A DNA stretch of 64,000 nucleotides, from positions 62,001 through 126,000 of the forward strand of contig JAWLHB010000001.1 of NCBI GenBank assembly GCA_041690595.1. The letters run 5' to 3'. Source of the DNA: Lentisphaeria bacterium. Lineage in GTDB: Bacteria; Verrucomicrobiota; Lentisphaeria; JABSQK01; JAWLHB01. Of the stretch, positions 48,677 through 58,152 are shown one piece after another. Both the position numbers and the translations under genes were made by a program. The notes below the pieces were generated by a model. The model saw only the letters and a program-made list of their open reading frames with translations, made no database searches and was not told the origin of the DNA. The first letter of the stretch is position 1. Each line of letters starts with the position of its first letter.

Positions 48677-50415
48677 TTGGTGTACTCGGCGACAAGCATG
48701 GTCCAGCGCACGACAGTCGGTATGGTGACGGTCCCATCGTCGGCAATGGAGACGGTCACCACATCACCTTCCATATCCGGAGACAAGACGAGAAGGCGGT
48801 TCTGCTTGAGCCCGGGTGGCATCAGCAGCTTCACGGTGACGTTGGTCGCTTCCGGCCCCGGCTGGTCGGTCCAGGCGTCATTGTCGTTGTCTGGGAGGTT
48901 GACCATGTGCACGATCATGCGCCTGCCGCCATTCGGCAGATCCCGCGCCTGGACAAACTCCTGCCACCAGATAGATGCCGGCGCCTCGACGGTCACGGCG
49001 TCTGTCGCTGGACGGAGATGTCGCAGCTTGTTGTCCCAGAGGAACTCGCTCCAGCGGAATTCGAAGCGCCGATAATTGGCGAAGGATGGCGGCTCCACTG
49101 TCCATGTGTCGATCTGCACGCCCGAGGCGGAGGCGACAGCTTCGAGGTTGTGGAGGCTTGCCATCCAGCCGGCATGCGGAAAACCGCCGCCTTCACGCAC
49201 GGCATCCCCTTCCTGCTGGAGGTGCGCGACCATCTTCTTCCAGGTGTGATAGTCGCTCTTCGGGTCCGGCGCCGAGCGGAAGTGCTCATAGAGGCTGTAG
49301 GCATCCTTCAGCATCACGGCCTCTTCGGCAGCGCTGTTGTGCATCCGGGGATAGCCGCCGGCCACGTTGTTCCATCCGTAGAGGAAGTTGGGAAAGCGCT
49401 CGGTGATGCGCTGGCGGACTTTGGTCAGATATTCCGCGTTGTGGTCACGATCTTTCGCCTCGACCAGGTTGCCCGCGATATCGTACCCGGAGTCGATGCC
49501 GGGCATGCCATCGCTCCGGAAGCCATCCCAGCCGAACATGTCCACAGAGGCAATGACCTGATCGATCCAGAAGTCGCCCACTTCCGGGCGGGTCAGCAGG
49601 AAGCGGCCGGTGGTGATGCCGCCCGGTGTGTCAAAGCCTTGGTCTTCCGGCGCATCCCGGTAGGCCGATAACTTATCCACGTCGAACCAGGCTCCGGCTG
49701 GTCGACCATCAGCGCCAAAGGTGAGCCACTCTGGATGGCGGCGCGCGAAGTCCATGCCATAGGGGCCATAGGAGAAGCACTGAATATAGGTGATCGCCGC
49801 AATTCCCTGCTTGTGCCCCTGATCGATCAGGTACTTCCAGTCTTCCTTCGATTCCTTGTAGCCGCCCTGACCGGATCGCCAGATCTCCAGTTCCGGCGGC
49901 GCCATGCCGTCAAAGACCGACGGCTGCCAGGAAAAGCCCTCGAAGGCCGTGACGTACGAGTCGCGCCACCGCTCGATGGTGCGGTCGATATCGCCACTTT
50001 CCTTGCGTCCACGCAACATGAAGATGGTAATGTAATGACCCAGTTCCCATGGATTGGTGCCTACGGTGAAGAATTCGCGAGCCTCGGAACCGTTGGCCAG
50101 GGTTGCGATGACCTCATGCCCCCATTTGCGATCGGGAGGAATGGCAAAGGCAACGGTTGTCGTGGTGCTCCTTCCGGCCGGTATGGCGATCGGTGAAGGT
50201 GGGAGCACATCCTCCGCATCGATGCCGTAACGCAGGCGGACGACCAGCTCGATAACGACGTCCACGGCGCCGGGGTTAGCGACCTCGACGGCAACTCGTG
50301 CTTCATGTCCCGGCGCGACCACGATGCGCTCGGGCCAGACCCGCTGGACGACCTGTCCGTGCGTGCACACTGCCACCAACCAGCAGAGGATCGCCAGTCG
50401 GCCGTAACTGCTCAT
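48673..50415 (-). CDS. Secreted putative glycoside hydrolase (Ig-like + TIM barrel; loosely GH66-like)
   Basis: Signal peptide from ATG 50415; 'FGWDGFRSDG'; C-terminal 'IVHMVNL...SPD'. Confidence 0.45.
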   Translation of the reverse strand: MSSYGRLAILCWLVAVCTHGQVVQRVWPERIVVAPGHEARVAVEVANPGAVDVVIELVVRLRYGIDAEDVLPPSPIAIPAGRSTTTTVAFAIPPDRKWGHEVIATLANGSEAREFFTVGTNPWELGHYITIFMLRGRKESGDIDRTIERWRDSYVTAFEGFSWQPSVFDGMAPPELEIWRSGQGGYKESKEDWKYLIDQGHKQGIAAITYIQCFSYGPYGMDFARRHPEWLTFGADGRPAGAWFDVDKLSAYRDAPEDQGFDTPGGITTGRFLLTRPEVGDFWIDQVIASVDMFGWDGFRSDGMPGIDSGYDIAGNLVEAKDRDHNAEYLTKVRQRITERFPNFLYGWNNVAGGYPRMHNSAAEEAVMLKDAYSLYEHFRSAPDPKSDYHTWKKMVAHLQQEGDAVREGGGFPHAGWMASLHNLEAVASASGVQIDTWTVEPPSFANYRRFEFRWSEFLWDNKLRHLRPATDAVTVEAPASIWWQEFVQARDLPNGGRRMIVHMVNLPDNDNDAWTDQPGPEATNVTVKLLMPPGLKQNRLLVLSPDMEGDVVTVSIADDGTVTIPTVVRWTMLVAEYTK

Positions 50416-50425
50416 GTGCCATGCC

Positions 50426-51274
50426 TCACTGATACAACGACGCCATGGTGGGGCTGGTACCGAACGGATAACCGCCCCCCGAGGTGGCGGAGGTGGCAGC
50501 GCCATTCAGATTGGGCGCCGGAGCGGTCTGCCGATCCGGCAGCAGATGATAGCGCGGAAACCAGGCTCCGCCATAGTTCGCCCAGACACCCCAGCTCACA
50601 TAGACCATGCTGACGCGGTTAACCCAGACGCCATGACCGTCGCCATAGAGGAAATTCGCCCCTTGCGTGTGGTTGACATAGACCTGTTCGGGGTCCACGA
50701 AATAGGTGGCGTCGGCGATCATCGGCTTGCTGTAGCCGCGGAAATCTTCCGCGACCTTGGTAAGCTTGTTGCCGCCGAAATATTGGGGACCGCTGTTGAA
50801 GTTGGGGAAGCCAAACCCTGGCCAGATGTAGGGGGTAAGCGCCCGCTGATTCTCGGGATAGCCCCCCCAGCCCCATCCTGAGGCGATAGCCCATTTTCCC
50901 ACCTTGTCGGGACAGGTAAGGATGCTGCCGGGATCCTTGACGGCGTGTTTCCCCCACGGCGCAACGATGGTTGTCTCCAGTGAGCAGTAGTCCCAGATGT
51001 AGGTCATCATCCGGAAGTCGTTGCCGCCACTCATCTCTCGTGCACCCACGATCCCCTGGTAGGGTTGGCCGGGAAGGTAATCGCCAAAATCGTCCGCATA
51101 CATGGCCGCAGCAAGGCCGAGTTGCTTGAGATTGTTCAGGCAACTGATTTGCCGCGCCTTTGCTCGCGCCTGTGACAATGCCGGCAGAAGCATCGAAGCC
51201 AGAATGGCAATAATTGCCACCACGACCAGTAACTCGATCAAGGTGAAAGATCGACAAAGGCGAGATTTAACCAT
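50426..51274 (-). CDS. DUF1559 / H-X9-DG prepilin-like protein
   Basis: [25 protein letters not shown], '[10 protein letters not shown]', '[14 protein letters not shown]'. Confidence 0.92.
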   Translation of the reverse strand: MVKSRLCRSFTLIELLVVVAIIAILASMLLPALSQARAKARQISCLNNLKQLGLAAAMYADDFGDYLPGQPYQGIVGAREMSGGNDFRMMTYIWDYCSLETTIVAPWGKHAVKDPGSILTCPDKVGKWAIASGWGWGGYPENQRALTPYIWPGFGFPNFNSGPQYFGGNKLTKVAEDFRGYSKPMIADATYFVDPEQVYVNHTQGANFLYGDGHGVWVNRVSMVYVSWGVWANYGGAWFPRYHLLPDRQTAPAPNLNGAATSATSGGGYPFGTSPTMASLYQ

Positions 51275-51419
51275 GGAGACCCCCGTGATTTTCGTTGGGT
51301 GAAAAATCGAAGACCATCAGTCATATCGTCAGCATCCAATAGTAACATAGTCTGCTATTACGCGCCTGCAAACAAATGTCTAATATCGTGAATATCGCGG
51401 CAGGGGCCCGTGATCGCGG

Positions 51420-53687
51420 TCATGCATCGGAGTAGCGAAGGTGTGCTTCGCGCTGAAAAACAGGCCGCGGGGTGATCTCCGCCGAATGGGTCTGGGTGCA
51501 GCGGATGCGCAGTCGCGATGGCTGGACGAGCCGATCGCGCAGGTGGATTTCCCAAGGAAGGAAGCGGCCATAGGCATGGTCGCTGATCAGGTAATCATCG
51601 AGCCACGCATAGCCGAGCATGCCGTCAAAGCGGACCTGCAGGGTGAAGTCCGTGTCGGTATCCGCGATAAGGCTGGGCTCCAGATCGGCCTCGATAATCA
51701 GGTCCTCACCCTCATGTCGCCGCCGCCAGGCGATTTCCGGTTTAGGGCATTCGAGTCGTCCGCTGGCTTTGTACAGGCAGGCGGCTGGATCGTAGCTTTC
51801 AGTCAGTTCGGCAAATGGGCCAGTCAGCTCGGGTCGAGTTGGGGAGAGGAGGTAAAGATGGAAGAGAAAGGTATCCGACTGAAGGAGAAGGTGACCGTCC
51901 GGGCGGCTTTCGAGGATGCGCAGATTGGAGCTGGCGACCAGCTTGCCATGTGGAGATGCCACCTCCCAGACCTCTTCAGCGCGTTCGCCATTCATCAGGA
52001 CATAGCGCATGGGGATGGGCGATGCGAAGGTGACGATCTCCATGCCGTGTCCGGGGATCCCCGCCACGAGAACCGTATTGGGGCTCTCCCAGTGTATCAG
52101 GCTGCCGTGGAGCGTGGTGGTGGGGCAGCTCTCCGGCAGGACAAATCGGCTTTCGACAGTGGCATCGCTGCGCGCCCAGGCGATCAGTTGAATACCATTG
52201 CCGAAAGGGCGTCGGTCGAGGAGGGTGGCGGTGCTGTACTCGAGGAAGTGGTGCGGCGCCAGCTTCACAAAGAAGGGCATAATCTTGTTCTCGCCGGGGG
52301 CCAACTCCATCTGGGTGCGCTTTGGGTACTCCTGGCTCACTTCGCAGGGAATGCCGCGCGGGCAGCTCTCCACGCGAATGTCCCTCTGCCAGGCCGCGCC
52401 GGTGGCGCGAACGTTGCTCATGATCAGGAAGTTGGACTCGCTGAGGTTGAGTCCCTTGTTGATAATGCCGCCGGCTTTGACTTTGCGAACGTGCGGCAGA
52501 GGCGCATCGCTTTGGCGAGCTTCGCTGTGGTAGGCTTCGAAGAGGTCGTCGCCGGAGCTTTCGGCGCCAGGGTGGGGGATGCCATAGCTTGTGGCCTTGG
52601 CCCATGTCTCATGCGGAACGGCAGTGAGGAGCTCTGCTTCGAAGGCGCGCAGAAACCAGCCAAAGCGCTTGATGCGCCCGTAGCTGGAGCGCAGGTTTCC
52701 CGCGACGGTGAACGGGGCCTGAAAGCCATAAATGCGCTGTGGCAGCATGCGCTCGGCGCCGCCATCGGGGTATTCGGCATCATTAAGGACAAACCAGTTG
52801 ATGCCCTTGCACCCTTCGGCGAGATGCTGATAGCCTTGCGCCTCGATCAACTCCGGCGGATAAATTGGTCCCTGAAAGGTATTGGTGTGCCGATAGGGAG
52901 GCCAATCGTAGTAGCGGACGAACATGCCGCTGCCACTCTCGATCGTGATGCGGGGCCGCTGGTGACTCTTCCACCAATCCAGGTTGATCGGTCCCAGGTC
53001 GCCATCGCAGCCGAAGCAGTTGACTGGATACCCGCCGCCGGTGTCCACCAGCGGTAACTCTTCCTTGCCGGGATATGGCTTGTTGATGTCGATGATCGGA
53101 ATATCAATCTCGAAGCGCTGCAGAAAGCGGTTGTAGAAGTGGATGTGTTTGCCGCGTTCTTCCGGATCTTCCGAGCCGCGATGGACATCGTCTCCCTTGC
53201 TGCCGGCGGAACCCAGCTCGTTCTCCATCTGCAGCATGACGATCGGCCCGCCGCGGGTGATCAGCCGGGGGGCGAGGATGGGCAGGATCTTCTCGTACCA
53301 GCGCTCCGACTCCGCCAGATACTCGGGGTCATTCGTGCGCACCTTGTTGCCCAGCTTGTCGAAGAGCCACTGCGGCAGGCCGCCGTTGCGCATTTCGCCA
53401 TGCACGAATGGGCCGATGCGGATGATGACCCACAGCCCTTCCTCTTGCGCGGTATCCAGGTAGGCGCCGACATCCAGATCACCCTGGAAGTTCCACTGGT
53501 CCTCGACGGGTTCATGATACGCCCACGTGCAGTAGAAGGTGATGGTGTTCATGCCGGCGGCCTTCACCTTGCGCATGCGGTCCTGCCACCACCGGCGGCG
53601 CAATTTGGCGTAGTTGAGATCGCCACCGTAGATGAATCTGGGGGTACCATCGATGAGAAGATAGTCTTTGGCAATCTGGATCTGCAT
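51420..53687 (-). CDS. Beta-galactosidase-like glycoside hydrolase, GH35
   Basis: 'KAAGMNTITFYCTWAYHEP', 'RIGPFVHGEMRNGGLPQWL', 'GGPIVMLQMENE'. Confidence 0.88.
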   Translation of the reverse strand: MQIQIAKDYLLIDGTPRFIYGGDLNYAKLRRRWWQDRMRKVKAAGMNTITFYCTWAYHEPVEDQWNFQGDLDVGAYLDTAQEEGLWVIIRIGPFVHGEMRNGGLPQWLFDKLGNKVRTNDPEYLAESERWYEKILPILAPRLITRGGPIVMLQMENELGSAGSKGDDVHRGSEDPEERGKHIHFYNRFLQRFEIDIPIIDINKPYPGKEELPLVDTGGGYPVNCFGCDGDLGPINLDWWKSHQRPRITIESGSGMFVRYYDWPPYRHTNTFQGPIYPPELIEAQGYQHLAEGCKGINWFVLNDAEYPDGGAERMLPQRIYGFQAPFTVAGNLRSSYGRIKRFGWFLRAFEAELLTAVPHETWAKATSYGIPHPGAESSGDDLFEAYHSEARQSDAPLPHVRKVKAGGIINKGLNLSESNFLIMSNVRATGAAWQRDIRVESCPRGIPCEVSQEYPKRTQMELAPGENKIMPFFVKLAPHHFLEYSTATLLDRRPFGNGIQLIAWARSDATVESRFVLPESCPTTTLHGSLIHWESPNTVLVAGIPGHGMEIVTFASPIPMRYVLMNGERAEEVWEVASPHGKLVASSNLRILESRPDGHLLLQSDTFLFHLYLLSPTRPELTGPFAELTESYDPAACLYKASGRLECPKPEIAWRRRHEGEDLIIEADLEPSLIADTDTDFTLQVRFDGMLGYAWLDDYLISDHAYGRFLPWEIHLRDRLVQPSRLRIRCTQTHSAEITPRPVFQREAHLRYSDA

Positions 53688-53698
53688 GCGTGTGCTTG

Positions 53699-56600
53699 TT
53701 AGTGAGGAGTGGGAGGGCTGATGTGGAGATCACCGGGATCGCTGATATAGGCGACAAAGCTGTTGCTGCCGCCGCCGCCGCGGCACTTGACCAGAAGAAG
53801 ATTGGCACCGGCCTTCAGGCGGATTCGCGCCGTCATCGGCGAATCGCCGTGGAAGCGCGCCCCGTCGAGGTGCGATAGTTGTTTCGCTCGTTCGGAGGTG
53901 ACCTCCTCGCCATTGACGAAGGCGGTGGCCCAGAAATCGCAGCCGATCTGGAGCAGCGCCTCGCGTTCGCCGGGGCTGGTGACGATCGTTGCCGCGTAGC
54001 AGAGTTCACCACGTCGCACGCCGCAGGCGGGCAGGAAATTCACGCCGGCTTCCCTGGCGCGATCGGCGAAGCTCCACTGCGCCACCGGCACGATCTTTCC
54101 ATCGACGCGCCACCCTTCCTCGCTGTCACCGGGAACCCAGCGCAGCGATCTGCCACCGCTTTCGATGATGGCAGATGGATCGATGGCGATTTCAGGCGGC
54201 AGCGGGTGGGTCAGGCTTGCCCGCACGGTGTCGCCACCCATATCCTGACCGTCTGTTCCGGGAATGGCAAAGGGGCCGATGGCCAGCCAGTTGGCCGCCG
54301 GAATGGGGCGTGTCATGGGGATGATCTCCATGGTGGCAGGATGAGTCTCCGCCTGCACGACCACCGGCAGCGTGTCGGTCGCGGTCACCAACTCCTGAAC
54401 CTTGTCGCCGACGGTGACGCGGTAGCGGCCGGGTACCGCAGGGAGGGTGTAGTGGATCGCACCGTCCCGGCGTTGGCTCTCGTACTGGCGCAGATCCGCC
54501 GCCGTTATCCTGTTGCGGAAGTGGATGGTCGTGACGCCGTCCTGAAGCACGGGATGGATCAGGCCCTCCCCATCGCGGGTGAAGTACCGTTTGATGCCGT
54601 TCACCCGCAGCTCAATCGCGGCGGGCGCCTCGATACGTGGCAACGGAGCGTTGCCTCCCGTCAGCTGGACGATGGTGCCCTCGTTTTCGACTGCAACCCG
54701 CCAACCGCTTTCAGGTGTCGGCACGTCGATGACGACTGGATCGCCGGCCGGCAGCGATGCCGTAAGGCCGTTCAGTTGCAGGGTAGTCGCCTGCAGTCGC
54801 CGACAGGTGATGCGGCTGCCGGCCGGTGCACGAATGACCAGAGTGGTTCCATCATGCAGCAGGTGCGTGCCTGCCTGAGCCGTGATCAGCTCGCCACTGG
54901 CATCTGCCAGGCGGCTGCCAGCAGCCATGGCGTAGCTGACCAGGTGTCCATCGGCATGACGCGAAATCACGGCGACCTGGGCATCGGTGGTGGCGGTGCC
55001 GGCCGGCACCGCGTCCCAGCCGCTGACAATGGTGTCGACGCCAAGGAGAGACTTCCGTACCAGGCCACCTTCGGCGCGGGTGAGGGTTCGGCCATCGCCA
55101 TCGTCATGCGGGGCCATGACGCAGACAAAGCGGCCATCGATGTCGTGACGTTCGGCCCGCAGCTCGACGCGCGCGGTTTTCGGTGTGCGAGTTCGGTCGA
55201 TGCTGAGGTTAAGCGGCGCACCAAGAAAGTGAGCATCGAGAATGCCCTTGGGTGCATGGCCGATCTGCCAGGGCAAGGCTCCCTGCTCCAGACTCTCCAC
55301 GCCAATGACGACGAAGTCGCCACCGTGCTCGGGGATGAGATCCGCCGGCTCCCACTCCGGGTCCCGGGTGAAGACAGCCAGGGCGATCCGGCCACCGCTG
55401 TGGGACTCGAGGCCGACCCGAAGGTTGCCGCCGGGATGGACGATTTCGGCGACGCGATCCGGCTTCAGCGGTAGCCAGTCCCAGCCTTCGCGGTGAAAGC
55501 CGCGTCCAAAGTATGCTTCGTTGTAGGGGATCTTTCGACCATTGACCGAGAGGTTGTTGGATGCCCAGCCAGCGGGTGACGGTACGCTTCGCACCAGCAG
55601 CCAGCCGCGGTAGATGCCTTCGGGCACATCCCTGGCGACGAGTGTGGCGTTGCATCCCTTGGCCAGCGTTTCCAGATAGGAGCCGCCAAAACGTTCAGCA
55701 ATCGTGAAGCCGTTCTCGCTGACGCTGACAACGTGCCGTTGCGGCGTATGGGCCAGCCAGCTGTAGCGGTGCGGCTGATCGTCCTTGCGGATTTCATCGA
55801 CGACGATCAGCAGGGGACCGGCAATGCCTCGTACGAAGAGGAAACGACGATCGGCGCGTTGGACCGGGTTGTATTCCTTCCACCACCAGGGGCCATTGAG
55901 ACCTCCCTGCAGTAGCCTGCCGTAGCTCAGGCTGAGGTCGGCGTCGGCCAGGAGGGCGTACTCGTTCCTGTCGACGTGGCGGATAAAACCATCGAGGCCG
56001 GCTTCGCGTTGTCCCTGACCGATATCGTCGATATGGACCACATTGTGATCGCGGCTTTCGTAGTTGCCGGCGCTGGAGTCGGCGATGAAGTAGGCGCCAT
56101 TGGCGGCGAGAAGGAAGTTGCCCTGGTCGGCGTGAGTATGCCCGGCGCCCACGGGATTGACCCCGAACATGGCCATGGCATCCCGTTCTCCCCAGCCGTC
56201 GCGAGCAAAAACCAGGCCCCGCGCCGCGAACCATCGATCGGGCGGCAGATCGTCAGGCGACCCGGCCGCGCCTTCGGGCAGGCCGTTGAGCAAGCCGATC
56301 ATCTCGTTGGGCAGGATTCCATGCTCTTCGATGGCGCCGTTCTGATAACACCAGAGAAAGAGGCCGCCGTATTCCCGGGCGTTGAAGGTCAGCAGCGGGC
56401 CGGCGCCGAAGCGTCCGATCGATTTGTTATGGTCGAAGGATTCGAAGCCCCACGGCAGGGTCTCATACGTCTGCCAGTTGCCGACCTGCGAGAGATGACT
56501 ATCGGAGTATATATCGACGCCGCGCCGGCGCAGGGCCATGAGCAGAGGCGGGAGATGATGCGTGCCGAAGCCGCTCGCATATTCCATCCCTTCATAGAGA

Positions 56601-57358
56601 GCGCCGTCGGCGTCAATGCACTCCATCAGGAAGGCTCGCACGAGGCCAATGGCGTCCGGGAGGAGGCTCTCGTCTACGTCGATTTCACCCTCGACGGCAA
56701 GAGCGGTGATGGCGAGGTTGCTGCCGAAGAGGGCCATCCAGTTGGCGCCGCTAATTCTTCTGCCGGTAACGGACTGGCCCAGGCCGAACCATTCGCGGTC
56801 CATGAGGTCGCGCGTCGGCTGCTGGAGCATGGATGCGAAGATGCGCCGGGCGCTGTTGCGCTGAGGTTCGGTCAGCAGCTCGTGGATCCAGTCATAGGCC
56901 AGAGCATACTCCTGTACCCCCCAGGATTCCTTTGGCTGGAGTTGGTCGTCGGGGGGATTGGCGTCGAGCCAGATGATGAAGGCGTCCACAGCTGTTCTTC
57001 CGGCGGCCGGTTCCCCGGAGAGCTGATAATAAAGAGCAGCCGCGCGAGTGTTCGTGGCGTGATAGCCCCATTGCCCCAAACTATCCTTGGCCAGTTTGTC
57101 ACGCGCCACCTGATCCTGCGCCACCTGGTCGAGTTGCTTGCGCAGAGCCTCTGCTCCACCCCGCAGGTTGGCCAAGAGGGGACGGTATCGTTCTTCTGCT
57201 GCCCGTTCGCGAAGTGCAGGCAATTCCTGTGCGGTGAAGATGAGGCGCGGATGCTCGCCGGGCGGCAGGGGTGGCGTCATATGGTTCATCTGGGCGGTGG
57301 ACAGGCCGGTTGTCAGCAGAATAGCCATTCGTGCCATCCTCCATCCTGATAGCATCAT
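53699..57358 (-). CDS. Large secreted heparinase II/III-like protein, full-length paralog of 22471-26247
   Basis: 'PPLPPGEHPRL', 'AYDWIHELLT', 'DGALYEG', 'GAGHTHADQGNF', 'HNVVHIDD', 'VMAPHDDGDGRTL'. Confidence 0.75.
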   Translation of the reverse strand: MMLSGWRMARMAILLTTGLSTAQMNHMTPPLPPGEHPRLIFTAQELPALRERAAEERYRPLLANLRGGAEALRKQLDQVAQDQVARDKLAKDSLGQWGYHATNTRAAALYYQLSGEPAAGRTAVDAFIIWLDANPPDDQLQPKESWGVQEYALAYDWIHELLTEPQRNSARRIFASMLQQPTRDLMDREWFGLGQSVTGRRISGANWMALFGSNLAITALAVEGEIDVDESLLPDAIGLVRAFLMECIDADGALYEGMEYASGFGTHHLPPLLMALRRRGVDIYSDSHLSQVGNWQTYETLPWGFESFDHNKSIGRFGAGPLLTFNAREYGGLFLWCYQNGAIEEHGILPNEMIGLLNGLPEGAAGSPDDLPPDRWFAARGLVFARDGWGERDAMAMFGVNPVGAGHTHADQGNFLLAANGAYFIADSSAGNYESRDHNVVHIDDIGQGQREAGLDGFIRHVDRNEYALLADADLSLSYGRLLQGGLNGPWWWKEYNPVQRADRRFLFVRGIAGPLLIVVDEIRKDDQPHRYSWLAHTPQRHVVSVSENGFTIAERFGGSYLETLAKGCNATLVARDVPEGIYRGWLLVRSVPSPAGWASNNLSVNGRKIPYNEAYFGRGFHREGWDWLPLKPDRVAEIVHPGGNLRVGLESHSGGRIALAVFTRDPEWEPADLIPEHGGDFVVIGVESLEQGALPWQIGHAPKGILDAHFLGAPLNLSIDRTRTPKTARVELRAERHDIDGRFVCVMAPHDDGDGRTLTRAEGGLVRKSLLGVDTIVSGWDAVPAGTATTDAQVAVISRHADGHLVSYAMAAGSRLADASGELITAQAGTHLLHDGTTLVIRAPAGSRITCRRLQATTLQLNGLTASLPAGDPVVIDVPTPESGWRVAVENEGTIVQLTGGNAPLPRIEAPAAIELRVNGIKRYFTRDGEGLIHPVLQDGVTTIHFRNRITAADLRQYESQRRDGAIHYTLPAVPGRYRVTVGDKVQELVTATDTLPVVVQAETHPATMEIIPMTRPIPAANWLAIGPFAIPGTDGQDMGGDTVRASLTHPLPPEIAIDPSAIIESGGRSLRWVPGDSEEGWRVDGKIVPVAQWSFADRAREAGVNFLPACGVRRGELCYAATIVTSPGEREALLQIGCDFWATAFVNGEEVTSERAKQLSHLDGARFHGDSPMTARIRLKAGANLLLVKCRGGGGSNSFVAYISDPGDLHISPPTPH

Positions 57359-57364
57359 CTGCTT

Positions 57365-58117
57365 TCACTCCCAGTCGGTGTTGAAGGGATAGTCGCTTTG
57401 ATTTGGGGAAGCGCCGGTATCGCCGCGCATCCACTGCGCCAGGAGCGCGGGGCCGTCGTTCATGCTTACGGCATGTCCATCGGCAAAGAGGAAGTTGGTG
57501 CCGCGACCGCCATTGCCGTGGCGGCCCATGCGAACCGGCCAACCGGGGACGACCTGAATGAAGGAGGAGGCGCGCGTGGCGGATTGATACGCTTCGGTGA
57601 GAACCATGGTGGTGTCCGGTGTCTTGATGGCGCCAATACGCGCTGGCGGCTGCATACTGGCTGCCCGGTGGTCGCCACCGACCGCCTTCTTCTTGTTCTG
57701 CCAATAGGTCGGGTAGGAGTAGCCGATATCCCAGCGCCAATTGCCGTGGCCATCCGGCAGTGCGAGGCTGCCGCGGTCATAAGTCGGGCACCAGAATGGC
57801 GTCTTGAACAGCGGAATGAAGCTTGTGCTCATGGCTGCGCCGGCTTCGGGCGCCAGCTTCGCGTACCACCATGTGGATGTCGTATTGGAATCGGGGTCGG
57901 GCCCGCGTGTCCACGGGAAGTGGTCGTCGTTTACATCCTGATAAAGGGAGAAGGCCAGGCCAAGCTGTTTCAGGTTGTTCGTGCAGCTGGTCTGGCGCGC
58001 TTTTTCGCGGGCGCTGCTGAGCGCCGGCAGGAGCATGCTGGCCAGAATGGCGATTATCGCCACGACGACGAGCAGCTCGATCAGGGTGAAAGATGTGGAT
58101 GAAGGTCGACTGGTCAT
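57365..58117 (-). CDS. DUF1559 / H-X9-DG prepilin-like protein
   Basis: [25 protein letters not shown], '[17 protein letters not shown]'; RBS AGGAG. Confidence 0.92.
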   Translation of the reverse strand: MTSRPSSTSFTLIELLVVVAIIAILASMLLPALSSAREKARQTSCTNNLKQLGLAFSLYQDVNDDHFPWTRGPDPDSNTTSTWWYAKLAPEAGAAMSTSFIPLFKTPFWCPTYDRGSLALPDGHGNWRWDIGYSYPTYWQNKKKAVGGDHRAASMQPPARIGAIKTPDTTMVLTEAYQSATRASSFIQVVPGWPVRMGRHGNGGRGTNFLFADGHAVSMNDGPALLAQWMRGDTGASPNQSDYPFNTDWE

Positions 58118-58152
58118 GGTTGTCTACTCCTTGGTTATGTGTCGGGCAGGGC

